In this document: positions 50,436-59,869 of the stretch, piece after piece
Layout: every line of letters starts with the position of its first letter
How positions within the stretch are numbered: the first letter of the stretch is position 1
NCBI RefSeq assembly: GCF_004010195.1
Contig: NC_057753.1
Coordinates: 1,230,890 to 1,294,889, forward strand
Direction: 5' to 3'
DNA length: 64,000 nucleotides
Source of the DNA: Chiloscyllium plagiosum
Lineage: Eukaryota
Program-made: the position numbers and the translations under genes
The notes under the pieces: generated by a model
Databases searched by the model: none
Seen by the model: only the letters and a program-made list of their open reading frames with translations
Told to the model about the DNA's origin: nothing

Positions 50436-51880
50436 CAGGTGGCAAACGTGGTGCCACTGTTTAAGAAGGGTTTTAAGGGCAAGCCAGGGAACTAAAGACC
50501 AGTGAGCCTGATCTTGGTGGTGGGCAAGTTGTTGAAGGGAATCCTGAGGGACAGGATGTACGTGTATTTGGAAAGGCAATGATTCATTAGGGATAGTCAA
50601 CATGGCTTTGTGCGTGGGAAATCATGCCTTGCAAACTTGATTGAATTCTTTGAAGAAGTAACAAAGTGGATTGATGAGGGTAGAGCGGCAGATTTGATCT
50701 GTATGGACTTCAGTAAGGCATTCGACAAGGTTCCCCATCGGAGACTGATTAGCAAGGTTAGATCTCATGGAATACAGAGAGAATTAGCCATTTGGATACT
50801 AAACTGGCTCGAAGGTAGAAGACAGAGGGTGGTCGTGGAAGGTTGTTTTTCAGACTGGAGGCCTGTGACCAGTGGAGTGCCACAAGGATCCGTGCTGGGT
50901 CCTCTACTTTTTGTCATTTACGTAAATGGTTTGGATGCGAACATAAGATGTACAGTTAGTAAGTTTGCAGATGACACCAAACTTGGAGGTGTAGTGGACA
51001 GCGAAGAGGGTTACCTCAGATTACAACAGGATCTTGAACAGATGGCCCAATGGGCTGAGAAGTGGCAGATGGAGTTTAATTCAGATAACTGCAAAGTGCT
51101 GCATTTTGGGAAAGCAAATCTTAGCAGGACTTATACACTTAATGGTAAGGTCCTAGGGAGTGTTGCTGAACAAAGAGACCTTGGAGTGCAGGTTCATAGC
51201 TCCTTGAAAGTGGAGTCGCAGGGAGATAGGATAGTGAAGAAGGCGGTTAGTATGCTTTCTTTTATTGGTCAGAGTATTGTGTACAGGTGTTGGGAGGGCA
51301 TGTTGCGGCTGTACAGGACATTGGTTAGGCCACTGTTGGAATATTGCTTGCAATTCTGGTCTCCTTCCTATCGGAAAGATGTTGTGAAACTTGAACGTGT
51401 TCAGAAAACGTTTACAAGGATGTTGCCAGGGTTGGAGGATGTGCGGTGTAGGGTAATGCCGAACAGGCTGGGGCTGCTTTCCCTGGAGCGTCGGAGGCTG
51501 AGGGATGACCTTATAGAGGTTTACAAAATTTTGAAGGACATGGATAGTGTAAAGAGGCAAAGTCTTTTCCCTGGCATCTGGAGTCCAGAACTAGAGGGCA
51601 CATTGTAGGGTGAGAGGGGAAAGATACAAAATCGACCTAAGGGGCAACTTTTTCACACAGAGGGTGGTACGGGTAGGGAATGCCCTGCCAGAGGATGTGG
51701 TGGAGGCTGATACAATTGCAACACTTAGGAGGTGTTTGGATGTGTATATGAATAGGAAGGGTTTGGAGGGATATGGGCCGGGTGCTGGCAGGTGGGATTA
51801 GATTGGGTTGGGATATCTGGTCAGCCTAGACGGGTTGGACCGAAGAGTCTGTTTCCATGCTGTACATCTCTATGACTCTA
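50436..51880 (+). mobile_element. Young 5'-truncated HER1/CR1 LINE inserted in the tail of the preceding LINE
   Basis: 332-aa RT ORF 50610-51608 (DFSKAFD, PQGSVLGP, FADD); tail ctctatgactcta. Confidence 0.97.
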
Positions 51881-52737
51881 TTATGCTATGTTCTATGTTT
51901 TAAATTTAGCGTTCGCTTTTAATATCAGTTTAGAACATAGAACGTAGAAAAATACAACACAGAACAGACCTTTCAGCCCTCGATGTTATGCCGACCTGTG
52001 GATTATTCTGAGCTCATTCCCCGACACGAGCCCATCATCATCAATGTGCTTATCCAAGTATTGTTTAAATGTCCCTCATGTGGCCCATTAACTACATTGG
52101 CAGGCAGGGTATTCCATGCCATTGCCACTGTCTGAGTAAAGAACCTGCCTCTGACATCTGTCTGAAATCCATCACCCCTCAATTTGGAGGTTTTCCCCCT
52201 CGCACAAGCTGATGTCATCACCCTAGGAAAAAAAGATTTTCGCTGTCTACCCGATCTAATCCTCTGATCATCTTGTATGCCTCTATCAAATTTCCTCTTA
52301 GCTTTCTTCCTTCCACTGAGAATAGACCCAAGTCTCTCAGCGTTTCTTCATTACAGCTTCCCTCCAAACCAGGCAACATTCTGGTAAATCTCTTCTGCAC
52401 CTTTTCTAATGCTTTCACATCCTTCCTGTAATGGGACGACCAGAACTGTACACAATATTCTAAACGCAGCCGCACTAGCGTTTTGTATTGTTGCACCTCC
52501 AGAACTCAATCCCTCCAACAATGAAATCTAACACACCGTATGTCTTCTTAACAGCACTATCAGCCTGCGTGGCAACTTTCATGGATCTATGTACATAGAA
52601 TTCAAGATCCCTCTCCACGTTCATACTGCCAAGAATCTTTCCACTGACTCAGTACCCAGCCTTCCTGTTATTCTTCCCAAAGTGAATCACCTCATATTTA
52701 GCTGCATTGAACCCCATTTGCCACCTCTCAGCCCAAT

Positions 52738-53056
52738 TTAATTAGATTAGATTTCCTACAGCGTAGAAACAGGCCCTTCAGCCCAACTAGTACAAACCTC
52801 CCCTCCGAAGAGTAACCCACCCAGACCCATTTCTCTCTGACTGATGCACCTCACAGTACGGACAATTGTGCATGGCCAGTTCACCTGGCCTGCGCATTTT
52901 TGCACTTTGGGAGGAAACTGGAGCACCCGGAGGGAACCCACGCAGACACGGAGAGAATGTGCAAATTCCTTCCCAGACAGTCGCCCAAGGTTGGAATCGA
53001 ACCTGGGACCCTGGTGCTGTCAGGCAGCAGTGCTAATCACTGAGAAACCGTGCCGG
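52738..53056 (-). mobile_element. HE1 V-SINE nested in the LINE
   Basis: Full head, core and tail; ccattc-like flanks. Confidence 0.92.
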
Positions 53057-53580
53057 CCATTCTGCAGTTTATTCAAGTCACCCTGCAACTTGCAACATTC
53101 TTCCATACTGTCCACTAATCCACCGACTTTAGTGTCATCTGCAAAATTACTAACCCATCCAGCTTTGCCAACATCTACTTCATGTATAAAAAAATGACAA
53201 ACAGCAGTGGTCCCAAAACAGATCCTTGTGGCCCACCACTATTAACTGGACTCCAGGCTGAATGTTTTCCATCAATCACCACGCGCTGCCTTCTTTCAGA
53301 AAGCCAGTTTCTAATCCAAACTGCTAAATCACCCTCAATCCCATGCATCTGAACTTTCTCCAGCAGCCTAATGTGTGGAACCTTATCAAAGACTTTATTG
53401 CAATGCATGTGCATCACGTCAACTGCCCTACCCTAATCTACATGCTTGGTCACCTTCTCAAAACTCTCAATGAGATTTGCGGGAAACCATGTTGAGTATC
53501 TGAAATCAACGGTTGTTTGCTAGATGATTATAAACCCTTTCTCTATAAACCTTTCCAAAACCTTTCCTACAACAGAAGTA

Positions 53581-54062
53581 AGCTGAAAATGTGTTGCTGG
53601 AGAAGCGCAGCAGGTCAGGAAGGATCCAGGGAACAGGAGAATCGACGTTTCGGGCATAAGCCCTTCTTCAGGAATGAGGAAAGTTTGTCCAGCAGGCTAA
53701 GATAAAAGGTAGGGAGGAGGGACTTGNNNNNNNNNNNNNNNNNNNNNNNNNNNNNNNNNNNNNNNNNNNNNNNNNNNNNNNNNNNNNNNNNNNNNNNNNN
53801 NNNNNNNNNNNNNNNNNNNNNNNNNNNNNNNNGTCTGACCTATCACCCTCACCTTGATCTCTTTCCACCTATCACATTTCCGATGCCCCTCCCCAAGTCC
53901 CTCCTCCCTACCTTTTAACTTAGCATGCTGGACAAACTTTCCTCATTCCTGAAGAAGGGCTTATGCCCGAAACGTCGATTCTCCTGTTGCCTGGAAGCTG
54001 CCTGACCTGCTGCGCTTCTCCAGCAACACATTTTCAGCTCTGATCTCCAACATCTGTAGACA
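53581..54062. mobile_element. Penelope-like element remnant with inverted pseudo-LTRs spanning an assembly gap
   Basis: 53581-53726 is the reverse complement of 53895-54039; host cctacaacagaagtaag is duplicated on both sides; N gap 53727-53832. Confidence 0.8.
53945..53985 (+). ncRNA. Minimal hammerhead ribozyme motif in the pseudo-LTR (second copy on the minus strand at ~53638-53675)
   Basis: CTGAAGA (53949-53955), stem II GGGC-TTAT-GCCC, GAAA (53969-53972), then CGTCG: the CUGANGA/GAAA core typical of Penelope-like element (PLE) hammerheads. Confidence 0.75.
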
Positions 54063-57000
54063 TCACTTTCTCCTACAACAGAAGTAAGGCTCACTGGTCT
54101 ATAATTACCTGGGTCATCCCTGCTACCCTTCTTGAACACGGGCACTACGTTTGAAAACCTCCAGTCCTCTGGTATTAAACCTGTCGACAATGACGACTCA
54201 AATATCAAAGCCAAAGGTTCCGCTGTCCCTTCCCGAGCTTCCCAGAGAATCCTCGGGTAAATCCCATCCGGCCCAGAGAACTTTCACTCCTTCTAGAATT
54301 CATAACACTTGTTCGTAACTAACCTCGATCCTTTCTAGTCTAATATCTCATACCTCATTCTTCTCCTCTACTATATTCTCCTTTTCCTGAGTGAACACCG
54401 ATGAGAAATGTTTGATTAACACCTCTCCAACCTCCACAGTGTCCACACTCAACTTCCCACTTCTGTCTTTGACTGACCCTATTCCTATCCGAGTCATCCT
54501 TTTATTCCTCACACGCCTGTAGAAAGCTTTAGGGCTGTCCTTTATTCTCGTTTGAAGTGCCAGCTCAAGTCTGTGGAAGTTGCAGTGGAAGTGAGTGACA
54601 GAGTGTCAGTTCCAGGAGTACAGTTTGTTTTTGGGAGCGATTACGGTTCCACGATGTCAGTGACACCCCTTGTTGTGGAGAAGCCAAAGGAAGACCAGGG
54701 AACTGAGGCGTTAAAAGAAAAATAACCTGGACTTTTTCCAGACTGTGTAGTAACAAGATCCCACAATCATTAATGACAGCACGAAAAAAAACTAAAGAAA
54801 GAAACGATGAAGTGGCGGTTCTGTTAGTGGATACTGTGTTTGATGTAAAGATGCAAGGCAAGTCTGAGCAGGCAGAAATGTTTAGTCCTGGAAGGGTAAT
54901 GGACTTACAACACAAAGACGCGACAAACATATATATAAGTGCATACTCAGAAAATGAGTCAGAATGGATTCCTGAGGATTATTATTTTAAAGTTAGAATC
55001 CTGAGACTAAAATGGAGACCGCTGCATGTTAACACAGAGGAGAAGTTGACAGAAGTCCATCAGATTGTGTTGCCAGTAGTATACACAGAGGAAGTCTTAC
55101 AGTTAGCGCATGAATTACAAATACGAAAGAACCTCGTTGTACAGAAGACTCAGGCTAAAAACATTTCTTGAATGCACACAGATATGTTGAATTTCTGCCA
55201 TACATGCCATACATGCCAAATGGTAGGTAGGCACAGGCATGAATAAAACCAGCACCCTCATTGCCAATTCCCACATTCAAAGAACCTTTCACGTGGGTTG
55301 TGGTTGATTGTGTGGATGCACTTCCTGAAGCTAAAAGTGCAACCCAGTACTAGATAACCATAACAGATGTGTCCACCAGATTTCTGGAGGCAATTCCATT
55401 ATGGAGATGAAGGCAAAATGGGTAATCGAGGAATTACTGTCTTTCCTCAAGTAGTATTGGCTACCCTGTGAGATTTAACCAGACCAAGGGCCTAATTTTA
55501 CTGCTAGGCTTCTAAAGAAAGTCATGGCTAGCTTAGGTATACAGCACTTCAGATCAAGTGCGTTTCATCCTCAATCCGTGGCTATGTCGCTTTATTATTG
55601 TCACCAGTGGTAGGAGCTCTCTTCAAATTATGGTTTAGCGGCCCCGATCGAAGGAAACAAAAGTTGAGTCAGGTAAACTATTTTGTAAATTTGCCAGATC
55701 GAAAAGAAACTGCATCGGGTGTTTCATATGAATATGTTGAAGCCTTTTTTCTAATAGAGAGAGAGAACTGCAGAACCAGGTGTTCGTTATCTGCCCCGCA
55801 GAGTGAGGAACTAAATCCAGTTGTCTTGGAGTTTGATGTGCCTCGAAATACAGTAAACAATGAGGAAGGTCTTGCGGAGTGGGTTGCTTAGTGAAGTATC
55901 TGTCTCTGTAGTAAATAACCCAGTTGAAGGGTTTGCTGCAGCAGTATGAGGGCATGTGCTGGCATAAGATGGGGAGGACTAATGCTCTTCTGCATGAGGT
56001 AGACTTAGGGACTGTTGTTCCCATTAAACAACATCCCGCAGACATAATTCTTTCAAAGCCACACAGATCCAGAAGGAAGTGGATGCGATGCCCAATGAAG
56101 AAATCTTCGAACCGAGACAGAGTGGTTGGAGTTCACTGATTGTGTTCGCTCCCAAACCTGACGGGACTGTTGTGTTGACTATCAGAAGGTCAATGCCGTA
56201 GCAAATTCGGACCCATACAGAATACCAAAATCGAAGATTGGATGGAGAAAGTAGGACAAGCCAATTACATCACAAAGTTGGACTTACTGCGTGGTTACTG
56301 GCAGGTACCTTTATCAGAGAAAGCGAACGAAGTTTCACTGTTGTTTCCCAAAATGGCTTACTCAATTTAGAGTGATAACTTTTGGAATGAAAAATGCACC
56401 AGCCACATTCCTAGGACTCAGGAACAGAGCTATGGCTGGGTAAACAAACTGTGCAGTCAATCTGGATGATATTGTGATCTTTTGTGAGTCAAAAAAGACC
56501 ACATGGCACAGTTGGCCGTGCTCCTTGAAAGATTAAGAGAAGCATAACTGGTAATAAACTTAAAGAAAACTGAATTCGCGGAGGCGGAGGGGACGTACTT
56601 GGGAAAAACAAACATTGGTCAAGGAAGGTTGAACCTGAGGAATACAAAGACGAAAGCTATTGTGGAATTTCCATTTCTAACCTCGAAGGATAAGATGCTT
56701 CATTTCTTGGGACTAAGCAGAGTCTACTGGAAGTTTGTTCCAAACCTCATCAGTGTAATGGCACTTACTAACCGATTTACTGAAGAAGAACACAATATTT
56801 TGGTGGACAGAACAATGCCAGGAGACATTTGAAAACCTAAAATCAGTGTTAACCACTGCACAATTTTATATCTGCACCAAATCTTTTTTCAAAACTTCAA
56901 AGTTGTAATCGGCAGAAGTAATATAAGAGGTGGAGCGGTACTGCTGCAGGAAGATGATGATGGAATTGAACAGCAAATTGGCTACTTTTCAATGAAACTC

Positions 57001-57473
57001 AACATCCACCACAGAAAATGCTCTACCATTGAAAATGAATTACTGAGTTTGGTACAGGCCTTGCAACATTTTAATATTTGTGTGACTATCAATGTGACAG
57101 AGAGAGTTGTGTCCACGGGTCACAGTCTGCTTACATTCTTGGAACAATTTAAAGACAAGCATATGAGACTATTTCATTGGAGCATTATGTGATAGACTTT
57201 TACATTACAAAATGACATGCTGCATCATGAAATTGTGACAGCAGATGCATTTCGCGGATTTAACGGGTAAAGTATGGACAAGCTTGAAAAGATACGAATT
57301 ATATGGGTGTGCGCTTCTCTCTATGTGTCTGTGTGTGTGTGTGTGTGCCGCACACGGAAATTAAGATGAACTTAGATTAATGTCCTATGCATTTTTTGTA
57401 ATTGAATTAAGAATTAGGAAAATAAGATATGCCACCTTTCAATATGATGGCTCAGGTTTTGTTAAGGGTAGAT

Positions 57474-58234
57474 GTGTTATGAAGTTGAAGGTGTATACTG
57501 TACCATTCAGAGAGAGTGATGTTTTTGTGCATTGAGATCATCTAACCACCTGTCGTATTGGAACAAGCAGTCTCAGAGTGCACTGGAAAATTGAAATTAT
57601 GTACCATTTCGCTGTCAAATGGTTATATTAGCTTTGGTCGCTGTTGTGACAACAATTCGAATTTAGCCAATCGTTTTAAATTATGCCCTAGTACACACAC
57701 AAAAAGACAATCGAGTTTGAATTTATTGTTTTTACCAAGCTCGATCTAATTTTTTAGGGAATCAAGAAGCAAGTATTTTGAAAGTTAGAGAGGCCAACCG
57801 CCATCGACAAACTTCCTTCAAAACATTCTCTTTCAAAGGTAATTTTTCATTAGAAACATCTTCAAAGTAAAAACAAAGAAGACGACCCCTTGAGATTTTC
57901 AGCCAGAAGAAGACAGACACCGACGAAACAGCCGTTGTGTGGTTTTGAAATTAAGTGATGCACTTTTAATGGCTAGTTTTTTCTTATTGGGATGATATAT
58001 TGCTACAGAATTGGAGTTAGAGAATAAGCAGTTAAGAGAAAGGGGGTTTAGAGTTTTGAATAGTTATTGTTTAATGTTCACTTTTTGAGTTAAAGAATAA
58101 ATTGGTAATATTGTGTTTAAATTGTGGAATCTGGGGAGTTCTCAGATACTCATACGTTAACAGATTGCAAGGCAAGATAAGCTTTCTCGGTGGTTGGTTT
58201 AATTAGCATAAGTGCTGAACGCCGTTTCCTAACA
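57474..58234 (+). repeat. 3' LTR, followed by a second PBS/gag start and a third LTR end at 58535-58601
   Basis: Starts tgttatgaagttgaa after the purine tract aagggtagatg; ends cctaaca. Confidence 0.9.
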
Positions 58235-58609
58235 ATTTGTTGGCTTGTCGAGGATTTGGACAGGTTTAGACAGATCCAGTCTGAGATTTGGACAGATTTG
58301 AACAGATTTGGCGTATTATAGATCCTAGGAAATTTAAACATTTACCGATTAGTGTCTGGATCTTTAAATGAAATGTAGGAAAGACAATTTGTTTAATTTT
58401 GGTTACTTGTGGTTGGTTAAATTAAAAGTGAGAGAAATGGCTCTTAAGTTTGCTGAAAATGTTCTTCGGTTTGAAGATGATTTCCAAACTTGTGAAGAAA
58501 ATATTCGAAATAGAGTAAAGGACCATAATTGTATGAGGCAAGGTGAGCGTTTCTGGGTGTTTGGGTTAATTAGCGGAATGGTTCACAGCCGTGTCATAAC
58601 AATTACCAG

Positions 58610-59140
58610 GAAAATCAACGCTCACAAGAAGCAGATGACGTACTTCTTGATGGCGTAATACGCTTGTATTTCAATGAAGAAGTGAACTATTCCACCATGT
58701 GGCAGACAATCTCTTCCAAGCACGCTACTTTTTTTTAATTATACTCGTATGATATCCACCAGGTGGTTGCCACATCATGCAATCTTCAATTCACATCGGC
58801 ATTGCAATTCCTATGGTAATTCGCTGGTGTTACAATATATTTAGCGCTGCAATTTAATTGAAAATCTCCAAAGTCTGAATGATAGTGGTTGCTTAATTAA
58901 ACAACAATAATTAGAAACAACGTTTTGCAAGCAACACAGATGTTCCATCAGTAACGGCAGGCCCCATAGTTCGATCGCACACTGTTTTGAAGTTTACCTT
59001 CACTCTGCTATACTCAGGCAATACTTTAATTACTCATGTCAATTTGAGCATCTCAGGATTGCCAATGCATTCTGCTGTGATCAAAAGTTAGTGTGCAATT
59101 GTAGAGGTAAATGCAAATGGTACGTTTCAGGGCGCTTATA
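58610..59140 (+). pseudogene. IgSF gene E: cytoplasmic exons with ITIM/ITSM-like remnants
   Basis: Exon from 58610 reads ENQRSQEADDVLLDGVIRLYFNEEVNYSTMWQ. Exon from 59018 reads GNTLITHVNLSISGLPMHSAVIKS*CAIV, which reverts to ITYVNL and SEYAIV by single-base changes. Confidence 0.5.
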
Positions 59141-59561
59141 TTAAAAAAAGACTGCCCACTGGCACAAGACATCAATGTCCTTTCATTTTAAATCATGAGC
59201 TGTCGATCTTGCATTACAACACAGGCTTCTAAACAGAGGCACACACTTATACTTGCACAACTTCTGAAAATTATGTTGTGGCCCGAAACCATGTGAGACA
59301 CAATCGGATCTTCAACCGATGTAGTAACTTCAATCGATTACAAGTCATCAAACAAACGGAGCTCTTCAATCTAATGGATACACAAACTGCTAAATTTCAA
59401 AACGGTATTTCTAGATAAGCCATTGCACCAACTGTAATGAAGACGTTCAAACCAAAAAAGCCAATCGCTCCAATTGTCACTTTTTTTTTCCCAATGTGAT
59501 GGCCGAGGAGAAAACTTTCTAGCATTTCCTGCCTGTTATCAAGGAAGTTGGAAGAAATAAG

Positions 59562-59610
59562 ATGTTGATTCTTACCTTACTTTTCAGCATTGCAACTGAT
59601 ACTTCCAACG
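59562..59610 (+). pseudogene. Possible signal-peptide exon of a further gene (F)
   Basis: MLILTLLFSIATDTSN, 49 nt, but no intact GT donor. Confidence 0.25.
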
Positions 59611-59640
59611 ACTAAACTTGGGTTTCAATCCTGGCATACA

Positions 59641-59822
59641 ATAGAATTCCTGCAGGGAGGAAACAGGCCATTCGGCACAACAAGTTCACACTGACTCTCT
59701 GAAAAGCAACCCCCTGATACTCACCCCTATCATTTCCCATGGTTAATTCTTCTAACCTACACATTTATGGACACTATGGGCAATTTAGCATGTCCAATCC
59801 ACCAAACCCACACATCTTTGTA
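59641..59822 (-). mobile_element. HE1 SINE 3' fragment
   Basis: ggaaacaggccattcggc..ctatgggcaatttagcatg..cacatctttg. Confidence 0.8.
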
Positions 59823-59869
59823 CTGGGGCTTTGTTCATTTTTGAAACAAATGCATCCTTCCAACAGCCG

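Larger units (their letters stand above)
51931..54549 (-). mobile_element. 5'-truncated CR1 LINE, same family as 46975-50435, opposite orientation
   Basis: Minus ORFs 52218-52496, 53175-53417 and 53915-54214 (FKKGSRDDPGNYRPVSLTSVVG). Confidence 0.95.
44349..58601 (+). mobile_element. Gmr1-like Gypsy LTR retrotransposon (gag-PR-IN-RT-RH) with nested insertions and a tandem partial second unit
   Basis: LTRs 44349-45118 and ~57474-58234; degenerate tRNA-Pro PBS after each; gag 45319-46700; PR split at ~46975/54550; IN ~55000-55580 (AHE..CHTCHTCQ); RT ~55920-56830; RNase H to ~57260; flanks ctta/atta form a near-TSD. Confidence 0.93.

Noticed and set aside
53668..53918. ORFs containing poly-X
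   Set aside because: Artefacts of the N gap (53727-53832).
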